A stretch of DNA of 32,000 nt from Candidatus Thorarchaeota archaeon (GCA_048882505.1 JBHLRO010000017.1:30001-62000); one strand, 5' to 3'; positions 1-10,871 are shown, numbered from the stretch's first letter. A program made the numbers and translations. The notes: generated from the letters alone by a model not told the origin.

Positions 1-1
1 G

Positions 2-364
2 TTCAGTGGAGTTGGCCTATTCATAATATTTCTTTCAAATGATGTTCTTAGAGCAGTTTTAGGCCTATTGATTGCAGGTATCGGTTTGGGACTATTTATT
101 CCCAACAGTACCGTTTGGATAACGTTAATAACTCCGGGATCCAGTAGAGGACTTGTTTTGAGTGGATTCATGTCTTCTCTCTTTCTTGGACAATTCCTTT
201 CTCCTTTTATCAGTCAATTCTTGCTTAACTATTTCTTAGCTGCTGAAATGTTTGCTCTTAGTGGTCTAATTCTTGTCTCGATTGGAGTTATCTATTTGAT
301 TGCAACTTTATCTTTTAATTCTAAGGGACCTGCGAACCCTTCCCCCGACAGAGATCTTGGTTGA
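2..364 (+). CDS. MFS transporter, C-terminal part (5' end outside window)
   Basis: Frame is open from base 2 (FSGVGLFIIFLS...). Hydrophobic helices with the MFS-like pattern GIGLGLFIP...TP..SRG..LSGF....LGQFLSP. Confidence 0.75.
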   Translation, partial: FSGVGLFIIFLSNDVLRAVLGLLIAGIGLGLFIPNSTVWITLITPGSSRGLVLSGFMSSLFLGQFLSPFISQFLLNYFLAAEMFALSGLILVSIGVIYLIATLSFNSKGPANPSPDRDLG

Positions 365-534
365 ATTTTTATGGAACCTCGATGAAGAAGGTTTGCTTGA
401 CAACATCAAATTGAAAAACCCAAAAAGGCATTATTCAAAACTAGCATATACTTTTGTGATCTAAACCAGCCCAGGACGGAGTTCAAAAAAAAAGAGACAT
501 TAAAGCGTTTTTGAATAAAATACAAGTTTTACGA

Positions 535-735
535 CTACATATATATGGAATCATATAGGAATATACATTTATCCAGCATTGGACGACGAAAAGCGTATGC
601 TTTCATCAATTCATCTTTGAGGATCCGGTCATCAGGACTCTGAAGATTAAGTTCAAGAGATATATGGAAAAAATCGGTAGGAATTTCATAAAAAAGACTG
701 AACAGTCGATCCCGAACTTCAGAGCCTATAGTCAC
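535..735 (-). CDS. possible small hypothetical protein (66 aa)
   Basis: ORF track only; same strand as and downstream of the 841-1701 gene. No recognisable motif. Confidence 0.2.
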   Translation of the reverse strand: MTIGSEVRDRLFSLFYEIPTDFFHISLELNLQSPDDRILKDELMKAYAFRRPMLDKCIFLYDSIYM

Positions 736-840
736 GAATTATAAACCTAATTTTCTAGTTTATTCAATAGACACTTAAGAATTGGATGCTTCCCTGCGGC
801 TGAAGCCAGAAGGCCGTTAGAACAGGTAAGAACAGAAACT

Positions 841-1701
841 TCACTGGAACTGCTCTAGAATGGACGGTTTTGACGGCCGATCAACTGACATTTCAGAGGG
901 GGAAACTTTGGATTTTCTAATTAGAGAGGTAATTCTGAGACTTGTCGAGATCACAAGAAACGGAATAATAAAAACTTTCAACGTTAAACCTAGCACCAAT
1001 AAAAGACCGTTAGGTCGAATACCTGTGTAATCTATAACTTCAGGATTAGCTAAAGGAATATTACTCCCCAATAAGAATAATAATACGCCAACCAGATTCA
1101 AGACCCCTGCAATGGTAGCACGCCCGATAGGAATTTGGTCGAGGTCCCTTGCAAACTTACGATCACTAATTGGGTCAAAAAGCCTATCTTGGTAGAATAG
1201 AAACGCAAATAGCCCAAGAGCAGCGGCAACTTGGAATACCAGCATGATAGGATTATTGATTATATTGTAATAAAACTGATTATCCTCCAATTCCCACCTG
1301 CGGGGTTGTGTAAAGCCAAGGTCAAACCCTCCTTGAAGATAGAAGGGTAATCTCCATAGGAAGCTTAACGCTATCCAGGTAAATCCAGATATTGCGATAT
1401 AAAGTTCCTTGCTCCTTAATCCCGTCTCTTTTTTCGTTGTTAGGAACTGGCCAAGTGCACTGCCACTGATAATTAAGATAGCGAAAAGGTCGACTAGAAG
1501 AGCAAAGGTAAAAATGTAATTGAGGGCTTTATTAACGAGGTTTAGTTGCTCACTGGACGTTATAATTCCAAAAGTACTAGATGAGAAGACAGGAAAGATC
1601 ATAATAAATGGAATTAGTAATATCAAGTTCTGGAAAAACCAGATTCTCCAGCCAATTCGGTATGATTTACTCTTATGCAGGTCAGTCAAAAGGGTCGACA
1701 C
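841..1701 (-). CDS. multi-pass membrane protein (about 6 TM), unknown function
   Basis: 286-aa ORF with GTG start, about six hydrophobic segments and a polar C-terminal tail. Confidence 0.7.
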   Translation of the reverse strand: MSTLLTDLHKSKSYRIGWRIWFFQNLILLIPFIMIFPVFSSSTFGIITSSEQLNLVNKALNYIFTFALLVDLFAILIISGSALGQFLTTKKETGLRSKELYIAISGFTWIALSFLWRLPFYLQGGFDLGFTQPRRWELEDNQFYYNIINNPIMLVFQVAAALGLFAFLFYQDRLFDPISDRKFARDLDQIPIGRATIAGVLNLVGVLLFLLGSNIPLANPEVIDYTGIRPNGLLLVLGLTLKVFIIPFLVISTSLRITSLIRKSKVSPSEMSVDRPSKPSILEQFQ

Positions 1702-2184
1702 CTTAACGAAGTACCATCAAACGGGGAAACTACGATAACTACATACAAAACTGTGTGTAGAATGAGCTTCTTGTAATGCTTCCTCTCGAAATTTAAAAGC
1801 ATTGATTTAGCGGCAAAATAATTGTGATGAAACTTAGAAGATCAGAGGATTTCAGGGAACTAAATGTAATCGCTGAACACACAGCAATCCTGGTAGACAG
1901 CTTTGAATTTCGAGCTTCTAATTCGAAACATCATATCGATCATAGGGAATCTGGTCACAAGGTTTTGAAGTGCAAGGTAAAGATAGGGAAGATATCGGAG
2001 TATTGGGAAGTGAACTTGCCCTTCAATGAAATCGTAATATGTGGTGACTCCGATGATTCGGAAATTTGAGGTAACTCCATAGATATCTTGAAGCGTCATT
2101 TTTTTTTTGAAAAAATATGGTGAAAAAAGGTATTAACCGCTAATAATGTAAAGATAGCCCAAAAGTTATTGGAGAACAATAACT

Positions 2185-3972
2185 TTGGATAAACGTACCA
2201 GACTGAAGTTTTTCCAAACCAAGCTGTTTAACTCTGAAACTTGGTTTGAGAGAGGTTCGTATTGTTATAAGAAGGGACGTTTAGCAGAAGCGGAAAAATC
2301 GTATTTAGCTGCGCTAAAGTATGATTCAAATCATTTTAAGGCTTGGATTAATCTAGGAAAATGCCTATTGAAACAAAATCGGCTTTCAGAGGCAGAGGAT
2401 GCTTATAGGTCAGCTTTAAGTATTCAATCGAAATTTCCTGAGGGTTTTTTGCATCTAGGAATTTGTTTGTATAAGCAAGGAAAACTAAATGAAGCAAAAC
2501 AAACATTTCAGAAAGCCATAGAACTTGATCCCAATAATCTAGTTCATCGAAATAATCTTGGAAAGTTGTTTTTTGAGCAAGGTCTCTTCAAAGAGGCCGA
2601 AAAAGAATTTTTAGAAGCTTTATCCTATGACGGTGCAAATGTCTCGGTTCTAACAAATCTCGCTGTGGTTTTAAACAAACAAAATCGTTTAAAAGAAGCC
2701 ATAGAGGTATTCAGAACTATAATAGGCCTTGAACCGAAGGACGTTAAAGCATGGACGGACATGGGGTCTTTGTTAAAAAAAACAGGAGAAATGTACGAAG
2801 CGGAGGAGGCTTTCTTTAAGGCGTTACAATATGATCCGAATAATGTTAATACATTAAAAAAATTAAGGAATTTATTAAGAGATCAAGAACGTTTAAAGGA
2901 ATCATATCAGATAGCACTGAAACTAGATCGGACAGACGTTGAAACTTGGTGTAAACTTGGAAACCTGCTAAGAGGTCAAAATTACTATTCTGAGGCAGAA
3001 AAAGCCTATCGTGAAGCGTTGGATCTAGATTCTTTTCATGTTGAATCCTGGGTAGGTTTGGGAGGTGCCTTAAATGATCAAAAAGAATTTTCTGCTGCTG
3101 AAATAGCCTGTGATACGGCATTAGGTCATGATTCCAAGAACCCTAACGCATGGCTAAACCGAGGTGTCTCTCTTGAGAATCAACACCGATTAACTGAAGC
3201 AAAAAAATCATATCGAAGGGCGTTACAACTAAATCCTGATAATGTTGAAGCCCTAACTGGATTAGGTCGGATTTGCCATAGAGAGAGAGACTATCTTCAA
3301 GCCAAAGAGATCTATCAAAAAAGTCTACAACTAGATCCTAATCATCTCCATACGTTGTATAACTTAGGTAGCCTCTTTTTGGACATTAACCAGCTAGATA
3401 GTGCGAAGGAAATTTACCACAATATAATTAAGAATGAAAATTCATTCTATAATGCATGGTTTAAGCTTGGAATCGTGCTAAAAAGACAGCAAAACGTATA
3501 TGAAGCGGAAGGAGCGTTTAGAATGGCATTAAGATACAAACCATCACATGCCCAATCCTGGCATCATCTAGGAGTTCTTTTGCATGAGCAACGAAGATTT
3601 GAGAACGCAGAAGAAGCTTACCTAAACGCACTGACCTACAATCCCTCCCAAACAATCACTTGGTCTCATCTTGGGGAGTTATTAGCAAGAGAAAGACGTT
3701 TTAATGAAGCAGAGCTCGTTTTCCGGAGAATCTTGAAACTGGAACCTTGGAACTCTCTTGCCTATGCCGATCTAGGGGTGATTCTAGAGCGTTTAAACCG
3801 TTTCGAAGAAGCAGAAGAAGCTTATCGAATGGCATTGGTATCAGCACCTAGTAATGCGCCAGATAGAACTCAAATCAACGATCTTCTAAATGAACTAAAT
3901 AAGAAAATGAAACGGGGGGCCACCCCAGTAGATGCATTTCAAGCGGACTTAAATAAAATGGAGTATAGCTGA
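2185..3972 (+). CDS. tetratricopeptide-repeat protein (about 16 TPRs, no catalytic domain seen)
   Basis: Recurrent 34-aa units (AW.NLG..L....R..EA..AY..AL..DP). TTG start with GGAG at 2171-2174. Confidence 0.92.
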   Translation: MDKRTRLKFFQTKLFNSETWFERGSYCYKKGRLAEAEKSYLAALKYDSNHFKAWINLGKCLLKQNRLSEAEDAYRSALSIQSKFPEGFLHLGICLYKQGKLNEAKQTFQKAIELDPNNLVHRNNLGKLFFEQGLFKEAEKEFLEALSYDGANVSVLTNLAVVLNKQNRLKEAIEVFRTIIGLEPKDVKAWTDMGSLLKKTGEMYEAEEAFFKALQYDPNNVNTLKKLRNLLRDQERLKESYQIALKLDRTDVETWCKLGNLLRGQNYYSEAEKAYREALDLDSFHVESWVGLGGALNDQKEFSAAEIACDTALGHDSKNPNAWLNRGVSLENQHRLTEAKKSYRRALQLNPDNVEALTGLGRICHRERDYLQAKEIYQKSLQLDPNHLHTLYNLGSLFLDINQLDSAKEIYHNIIKNENSFYNAWFKLGIVLKRQQNVYEAEGAFRMALRYKPSHAQSWHHLGVLLHEQRRFENAEEAYLNALTYNPSQTITWSHLGELLARERRFNEAELVFRRILKLEPWNSLAYADLGVILERLNRFEEAEEAYRMALVSAPSNAPDRTQINDLLNELNKKMKRGATPVDAFQADLNKMEYS

Positions 3973-4054
3973 AAATATAAGAAATTGGCCTAATGGAGCC
4001 GATGCAAGCTCATGGATGGGCCTTGGTGTAAGCGAGTACCTAATATTACTGGAC

Positions 4055-5542
4055 CTATTTCATTTTATTAGCTAATGTAATTTCCTCTGCAATTAACTTA
4101 CTTAATTTGCTGACCCGATCTTCCAAACGAGGGAGAAGGTCGGTATCTACTATACCAGCCTGTTTTTCATATGTTTTTAAATACTCTAAAGTTGTCTCGA
4201 CATCTTTTTTCAAGGCAGCGCAATCTTTAGCATAGTGAGATAGATCTTTTTTACTTATGGTCTTGTAATTCTCCAGGAAGTGATCTATCAATTCAAGGTT
4301 TTTTGATAAGTCGTCCTTTGATCGAAATATTAAATCACGACTATAAGGCAAGGGATTTTCTCTTTTCACCTTTTGATAGTTTCTTATCTGACCCGCCAGT
4401 TTTATAGCTTCCAAATCAAAATCTAGCATCGTCTGTTTTTGAAGGTCGGGCTCCAAAGGGAGAGATTTCGCATATTCCTCACAAATTTCCCATGCAAATT
4501 TTATTTTGGTTACATCGTTTAACTGATCCCATCTTCCTTCTTGTAAAGAGTTACGAACTTCTTGAAGGTGACTGTTGATATCACTAGCATGTGGATAGTA
4601 TACGGATTTTTCGCTCGCCTTGAGAAATAATGAAGAGATAGTCATAAATAAAGGATTATTGAGTATAGGTTCTCTTGCTGCTTCATATCTTGTTCCAAGT
4701 TCATTCATCTCACTTATTTGGGATTTTATTCTTTCCAGCATTAATAGTTTGGATTTCCTTTGATGCCTCATTAAACTTATTTCGCCTGGTTTCTGGAGTG
4801 GTTTTACGTTTTCTAGATCTATTTCTCTAAATTCTCCTTCCTCTGTAAAATACGAGCTAATTATCTTCTTAATTGTGTCTTGTTTCTCTTTAATGAGGCT
4901 TAAATCCAGCCTCTTATAGCGAATTCTTTTGATCACAGATCCAACAATCATCAAAAAACTGGTAGCAACAATTAACAGACCAATTGCGAAAAGCACACCA
5001 GCCAAATCAAATCCTGTACGGATTTTTCTGTAGTTTGCAGCCAAATTGATGGTTTCATTATACACTATTGTGCTTTCATTCAACCAATAGGAATCCATGA
5101 CCATATAAGCTGTAAAATTACCATATTTAGGCGCTATTAGTTCAATTTCCTCCATATAGGTATCTATTGACTCACCAAGGTGTATATCTAGTCCTTCTTC
5201 ATTGGAAAAAACCGTCTCATTATCTTGAATTATTCCATAAGCCGATATAAGAATGCGTATGTTATAATCATCATTGTTAGATGTAACATTAATAATTCCC
5301 CGAATAGTTTCTGTCTCCATTGAAACCATGCCTGGTTCAGGTGTAAAGAATATAAAAATAAAGTCTCCTGAATATTCGATCTCCTTATACGATAACCAAT
5401 GATCGTTTCCATCTACAGAATTGAAGCTTCCAAACAAAATGACTGAAATTAATACCAAAGCCAGACATTCTGACCCTCGTACAGTAATAAAATGCATTAT
5501 TTCCTTTGCCCTTCTCGTAATACCAACTGGAGGAATTCTCAA
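4055..5542 (-). CDS. single-pass membrane protein with extracellular N-terminal domain and helical cytoplasmic domain
   Basis: N-terminal hydrophobic signal (LALVLISVILFGSF), acidic beta-rich region with NxS/T sequons, TM helix (LAGVLFAIGLLIVATSFLMIVGSVI), basic stop-transfer KRIRYKR, then about 290 aa of charged helical sequence. True start is probably downstream (MHFITV...). Confidence 0.75.
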   Translation of the reverse strand: MRIPPVGITRRAKEIMHFITVRGSECLALVLISVILFGSFNSVDGNDHWLSYKEIEYSGDFIFIFFTPEPGMVSMETETIRGIINVTSNNDDYNIRILISAYGIIQDNETVFSNEEGLDIHLGESIDTYMEEIELIAPKYGNFTAYMVMDSYWLNESTIVYNETINLAANYRKIRTGFDLAGVLFAIGLLIVATSFLMIVGSVIKRIRYKRLDLSLIKEKQDTIKKIISSYFTEEGEFREIDLENVKPLQKPGEISLMRHQRKSKLLMLERIKSQISEMNELGTRYEAAREPILNNPLFMTISSLFLKASEKSVYYPHASDINSHLQEVRNSLQEGRWDQLNDVTKIKFAWEICEEYAKSLPLEPDLQKQTMLDFDLEAIKLAGQIRNYQKVKRENPLPYSRDLIFRSKDDLSKNLELIDHFLENYKTISKKDLSHYAKDCAALKKDVETTLEYLKTYEKQAGIVDTDLLPRLEDRVSKLSKLIAEEITLANKMK

Positions 5543-5847
5543 AATACGGGGATCCTCTCGTTATAAAATTTTTGAGAATGTTTCCTCTAACATAATATGG
5601 AATGCATTTTGTATTTTAAAACGAGCCTTGACACAAATACAATCATAAATTCGCAGGAAATTCTCAAAGAAAAATACCCTGGAGTTTTACGGCACAATTT
5701 TCGCGCCTCCATACTCATTGATGAAAAAAATTATCTGTACTAAGTATTCTAACTCGTATTTTCTGTTGTACTCTTCCTATTGGGGCTCTACTCCCCCCCA
5801 AGGACTTTACAAGCTAAATGAAACTGGTTTTTTGGAATTTTTATTTC

Positions 5848-6780
5848 TCACAAATCTTGAGCGAAGGGAATAATTTCATCACGAAATATAGAAACGGGCT
5901 CCTGTTCAGCTAATGGATTTCTCATGTTAAAGATTGCGTGATCTATTCCCAATTCAGCAAGAGTTTTTAACATTGACCTAATGTCCTCAACGCTTTTCAG
6001 GTTTTTACTGCCTCTTGGTGATTTCTCTGGAAGATTCGGTTGATCTAAGAAAACTGATCCTAAAGTAGTTTTCTCTATTTCATCATAGTCTCTACCTTCA
6101 GTCTGACAATGCTGTTTTAGAGTCTCTAATGCCTCGCGGACTTTTTCAATTCCAGATCCCAAGAAGAGGTTACAGGCATCAGCATATTTGGCAACGAATC
6201 GGAGGGTCTTCTTTGGCCCCATTCCACCAATTAAAATAGGTGGAAATTTCTGAGTAGGAGATGGACTACATAGTGTTTCTTTTAATTGATAGTGTTTCCC
6301 CTTATATTCACCATTATTATCCGACCACATTTGTTTAATTATTTGAACTGACTCTTCAAGCATTTCAAATCTAATTTTCCAATTGTAAAAAGGAATGCCC
6401 AGCCCTATTGATTCTCGTTCAAACCAACCTGCACCAATTCCAAAGTAAGCTCGGCCCTTCGATAATATGTCAAGCGTCGTTACAGTTTTTACTAGCATCC
6501 CTGGATGACGATAAATGTTTCCTGTTACCATGGTACCTAAATTTATCTTTTCAGTCAATGCTGCAGCAAAGTTGAGCAATGAATAGCTTTCATACATATC
6601 ATCCTCGGCTGGTCCTAACAGTTGACTTTCAGAACCACCGATTTGAAAGAAATGATCCATCACCCACAGGCTAGAAAAGCCCGATTTATCCACAGTTTGG
6701 GCAATCTTTCGAAAATCATCAGAAAAGGAATTTCTTCCGTTTGGAAATGTCAAGTTTGGAACTTGTAAACCAATTTTCAT
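5848..6780 (-). CDS. LLM-class (probably F420-dependent) oxidoreductase
   Basis: Luciferase-like motifs SLWVMDHFFQI, GTMVTGNIYRHPGMLVKTVTTLDILSKGR..GIGAGW, PPILIGG.G.KKTLR.VAKYAD. Confidence 0.9.
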   Translation of the reverse strand: MKIGLQVPNLTFPNGRNSFSDDFRKIAQTVDKSGFSSLWVMDHFFQIGGSESQLLGPAEDDMYESYSLLNFAAALTEKINLGTMVTGNIYRHPGMLVKTVTTLDILSKGRAYFGIGAGWFERESIGLGIPFYNWKIRFEMLEESVQIIKQMWSDNNGEYKGKHYQLKETLCSPSPTQKFPPILIGGMGPKKTLRFVAKYADACNLFLGSGIEKVREALETLKQHCQTEGRDYDEIEKTTLGSVFLDQPNLPEKSPRGSKNLKSVEDIRSMLKTLAELGIDHAIFNMRNPLAEQEPVSIFRDEIIPFAQDL

Positions 6781-6864
6781 AGAAGAAAACTAGAGGTCAT
6801 GATGTTTAAACCCTTATGGAAGCGGTAGTTCTAATATTTGCATTTAGAAGGTTTTAGCGACATT

Positions 6865-7518
6865 TCACGGCCTATTTAGTAGGAAATCGTTGATATATTG
6901 ACCTCTCAAGGTCATAGATTTCATTCCACCACCGTGTTTGAACTGCTGGTCTTCACTTGGAATGCCTAACTCATCTTTTAGACGACTCATGAGTTTTTCT
7001 TTTTGAACTATATCAGAATACGAGGTAGATAACACGAACTTAACATCATCAATCTGATTATTTTTAATGTAATCAAAAAGCCAGTTTCCTGCCCCTGAAT
7101 CTTTCCAGAATCTACCAACGGTCGGTCCAGAAGGTAATTTCGTTACTTGTTTTATCTCATAATTTCGGATAGGTTCATTATAACGGATTAAGCCGTAATA
7201 GGCCGAGAGAATGACGCAATCCAAATCGTCATTCTGTATCAGTTGGGTCCACGCTTCCTCAGTTACTTTTGAAAATGTTCTTCCTTTATATCGCGAATAT
7301 GCTGGAAGAAATCCTTTTTCGTTAGTTGCTTCAAGATTGAAGTGGGTATCAGGCCCCTCAGAGAAACCAAACTCTTTTAGAAGACTGCTTCGCGCACCTA
7401 GAAGTTCTTCCCGGGTCTTCTCACTAATCGAGTCAGAAAATGTCTTATTAGGTTTCTTGAAAATCTGATTCTCTTTTCTCTTACTCTTTGACGAAGCAGT
7501 GACAATTAAAGTTCTCAT
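6865..7518 (-). CDS. YaaA-like (DUF328 / peroxide stress) family protein
   Basis: S..K N-terminal motif, PAYSRYKG and ILSAYYGLIRYNEPI.NY match the YaaA-like pattern. Confidence 0.7.
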   Translation of the reverse strand: MRTLIVTASSKSKRKENQIFKKPNKTFSDSISEKTREELLGARSSLLKEFGFSEGPDTHFNLEATNEKGFLPAYSRYKGRTFSKVTEEAWTQLIQNDDLDCVILSAYYGLIRYNEPIRNYEIKQVTKLPSGPTVGRFWKDSGAGNWLFDYIKNNQIDDVKFVLSTSYSDIVQKEKLMSRLKDELGIPSEDQQFKHGGGMKSMTLRGQYINDFLLNRP

Positions 7519-7549
7519 AAGTGGAAAATCTCTTTTTACGTTAAAAATC

Positions 7550-8349
7550 TTAGTTTGTGTTTGTCAGAAAAGGAAGTATTTCCGAATGAACCTTTGGACT
7601 AGCTGCAACAATACTCGTGGAATGGAATGAAAATGGTTTGTTGAGAAAGTCTGTGACTTTACCATTCGCTTCCTTTACAATTACGATCCCAGCCGCCAAA
7701 TCCCACAGGTTTACACCAGGCATAAAGAATGCACTAAAACGTCCTGCTGCGACAAAACATAACGCCAAGGCTGGAGAACCAACCTGTCTTAGTTTATTAC
7801 TCTTTATCTTAAGTTTAGGAAAGATTTCAGCAATGATCTTACGATTTCTCAGATCTCTTGCATTGCCATAGGACAAAAAAGCATTCTCAAGGGGTACCTC
7901 TGATCCTACTTGGATTCTTTTGTCATTCAGAAACGCCCCTTCTCCTACCTTAGCATAGAAGAGTTCATCCTGAATAGGAAAATATATCGCGCCAAGAAAA
8001 GGCTGTTGATCAACCAATAGGCCTATTGAGACACAGTAGAACGGATTTTGGGAAGCATAATTTGTAGTTCCATCTAACGGGTCAATTGCCCACAAATACT
8101 TGGAATATGACCCCCTTTTTCAGTTTCAAAGCATTCTTTGGACTCTTCACTCAAAATTGAATGCTTTGGAAACTCTTTTGTCAATATCTCTCGAATTTTA
8201 CCGTCAGCTTGAAGATCAGCTTGAGTAACGATACTATGATCCGATTTATAGGTTGTTTCTACCTTTCCGTACATATCAAGGAGTATTTCTCCTCCCGACA
8301 TTGCAGATGCAATCGCCACCGATAGAAATAGATCATCTATTGCGTTCAT
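7550..8349 (-). pseudogene. suhB: inositol monophosphatase family protein, split by one frameshift at about 8111-8120 (sequencing error or pseudogene)
   Basis: N-part has VTQADLQADGKIREIL...ILSEE. C-part has WAIDPLDGTTNYA, RQVGSPAL.LCFVAAG and WDLAAG. Adding one base to the A5G5 run joins them (EKGGSYSKYLWAIDP). Confidence 0.85.
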
Positions 8350-8416
8350 TTATTATTCACGACGGTCTATTATTGGATGGCGGACTTGGCCCGTGTAGTA
8401 AAATCAAATAAAAATG

Positions 8417-8902
8417 CTATTGTAATTTCACAGCTTCTTTCTCTGCCCTAATAAAATAGTTATAAATTTCATTTATTGTTCTTTTATCAGTTGTCATTAT
8501 TCCCGCTTCGAAGTTATGGTGTTCGGAATGAAAAGTTCCGTTCATTGAATGAACTATGGCAATTTCCTCGACTAACCATATTTTAGCATGAATTTTGTTG
8601 TCAATATAAACCTGAACGTTCCTTTTAAGTTTTAATTCATCCAAAGTTGGATCAGCTAAGGTTTTGATACTTGGAAGATATCCCGTTTTGTCCCTGGTGA
8701 ACATTTTAACATTTATAGTGATTGGAATATTGAGAATCGAAGTTAATAGCTGTCCTTGTCCAATATAGGGCACCATAATGTAAACTGACTTTTTTGCATA
8801 AGTAGGCAGTAATACCAATGCAGTTCTCAGTTCATGGCCTTCTAAAAACTTAATAGAATCTCCATCGCCCGCATTTAAATTTTCTATACTCATTTGGCAC
8901 AC
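8417..8902 (-). CDS. phospholipase D-like domain protein (single, non-canonical HKD motif)
   Basis: YIMVPYI strand, plus HAKIWLVE...HSMN...N.EAG resembling HxK(x)4D(x)6GSxN with D>E and G>H. Confidence 0.75.
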   Translation of the reverse strand: MCQMSIENLNAGDGDSIKFLEGHELRTALVLLPTYAKKSVYIMVPYIGQGQLLTSILNIPITINVKMFTRDKTGYLPSIKTLADPTLDELKLKRNVQVYIDNKIHAKIWLVEEIAIVHSMNGTFHSEHHNFEAGIMTTDKRTINEIYNYFIRAEKEAVKLQ

Positions 8903-9052
8903 CGAAAATGAATGAACAATAAAACACGGAACATGAGAAACATGGCTTTGGTCCTGTTACTCAAGACCTGTTTTCATTTGCCTCTATGAAACTGCTTAAA
9001 AAGTTTAAATCGTGTCAAATAGCCTACTTTTGTCCTAAGAGCTGGTAGATAA

Positions 9053-10263
9053 ATGGTAAGTATTAAAGGAGAACCATCCACAGTTATTGCAGTTGGTGTG
9101 ATTATTCTAATTCTTATCATTCCCCAATCTGGTATTTCAGGGTCATCCGAGATACCATATCAGTGGCCCGAAGCGGATCCAGAAAATCATGGTATAGATG
9201 CCTCTCTGTTAGAGGCAACGATTTCACGAGGACAAAACATGCCATTTCTCCGCAGTATACTAGTAATTAGAGACGGATTTCTTGTGGTAGAAAAGTATTT
9301 CAACGATGGTGCTAGAAACAGTCCTTTTACAATACATTCTGCCTCCAAAAGTTTTACTTCTGCTTTAATTGGAATTGCATTTCGTGAGGGGATTTTCGAA
9401 AGGTTGGATCAGAAGTTAATCGATTTCTTCTGAGTATTTCACACCCGACATGGATCCACGAAAAAAGAATATCACTATCAAACATTTACTCACGATGAAA
9501 GCGGGCTTTAATTTTAATGATTCGGGCGACGAATGGATTGCACATGTAAAAGCTAATGATTGTAAAATACGCCATAGAATTGCCGCTTCTTCACACTCCT
9601 GGAGAAGATTGGCACTACAGCACTCTACAAACAAATCTTCTCTCTGCAATTCTGACGAGGGCTGCGAATATGAGTACTAGAGAATTTGCTGAAAAACATC
9701 TGTTCACTCCCTTACAGATTTCAATCAGATATTGGCCCCAAGATCCCCAAGGATACTATACGGGGGGTCACGAGATGTATTTCGTTCCCCGAGATTTGGC
9801 AAGACTTGGGTTTTTGTATTTAAATAAGGGTGTGATTGACGGCAAGGAGGTTGTCCCCTCAGATTGGGTTCACGAATCGCTCCAAGATTACGCGGAAGGG
9901 AGAGTTGTTGAGGGGATGAGATCCTCATTTTATGAAAAAGTGGGGTATGGATACCAGTGGTGGTTGCAAAAACTCGTGGGATATGAGACATTTTCTGCTA
10001 GAGGTCACGGAGGGCAGTTCATTTTCTGTATTCCCAAACTAGATGCAATTGTGGTAACAACAGCTTCTGGAACTGTTTTTGATACCTATCCTAACCAATA
10101 TGGTCAAATGATTGATCTGGTAACGTCTATGATAGTAACTATTGATGAAAACTATACAAAACAAAGTCAAAGCAGTTCTGGTTTTGGAATAACGACATCA
10201 ATCCGCTTAATCGTTGTTATTATCGTTGGTAGGAGAAAACCCCGTAAGAAAGTTATTGATTAA
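9053..10263 (+). pseudogene. secreted beta-lactamase class C-like serine hydrolase, interrupted by two frameshifts (about 9430 and 9562)
   Basis: Three consecutive ORFs (9053-9433, 9450-9680, 9556-10263) carry successive family motifs: signal peptide, SASK (SxxK), ITIKHLLTM.AG, WHYST, GYGYQWW and ARGHGGQ. C-terminal SGF + hydrophobic + RRKPRKK tail. Confidence 0.85.
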
Positions 10264-10272
10264 GGTTAATCC

Positions 10273-10854
10273 TCATGTATTTGGGAAATATTCGTGTTTC
10301 AAAAGGGCATAGCAATATAACCCAAAACGTTTCCCATCCTTAACTTCGTGATCTCGAAAATGGCCTTCTTTAAAAAACCCACATCTCTCTGCCAGTTTCA
10401 TACTTCTTTCATTGTTATCTCCAGTAAATACAATGATTCTATGAGCTTTCAGTTCATTGAAAATATAATCAACGATATGTTTCACGGCTTCTGTGGCAAG
10501 TCCTTTACCTTGATGGGTTCTTTCCAAAAACCAGCCTAGTTCAAAAGAGGGAACCTCCCATTTTTTCGGTTCAATCCAGAGTTGACCAATGTACGTATAA
10601 GATGATTTCAACCATATTCCTAGAACAAACCTTTCCCGTCCCACCCAGAAAGCAATGAATTGTCGTATTCGGATTTCGGCCTCTTCTTGAGTTCTCACAG
10701 TAGACGCTTCGTCAATATGATCCTTTAGATATTCACGGTTGTCATTGGTCTCCAATAAGTGGAGGAAAGACTTACCATCACCCTTCTTATATCTTCGAAT
10801 AATCAAACGTTTCGTTTCAATTTTTGACGAAACGTCTAAAAGCATCTTCTCCAT
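10273..10854 (-). CDS. GNAT N-acetyltransferase, RimJ/RimL family
   Basis: IETKRLIIR, ELGWFLERTHQGKGLATEAV, N.RS.KLAERCGF.KEG. Confidence 0.9.
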   Translation of the reverse strand: MEKMLLDVSSKIETKRLIIRRYKKGDGKSFLHLLETNDNREYLKDHIDEASTVRTQEEAEIRIRQFIAFWVGRERFVLGIWLKSSYTYIGQLWIEPKKWEVPSFELGWFLERTHQGKGLATEAVKHIVDYIFNELKAHRIIVFTGDNNERSMKLAERCGFFKEGHFRDHEVKDGKRFGLYCYALLKHEYFPNT

Positions 10855-10871
10855 TTTTTTCGACCTTTCGA

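Noticed and set aside
841-1701. Rhodopsin/heliorhodopsin (mid-membrane Lys in LGLTLKVF)
   Set aside because: Only about six helices and no helix-C RY/RWxEY motif; a single Lys is insufficient.
1824-2099. Two overlapping antisense ORFs (81 and 79 aa)
   Set aside because: Neither has a recognisable motif, and I cannot decide which, if either, is real.
8105-8125. Programmed -1 ribosomal frameshift in the IMPase gene
   Set aside because: A5G5 in this frame is not a canonical X XXY YYZ site and I saw no stimulatory structure. An indel error is simpler.
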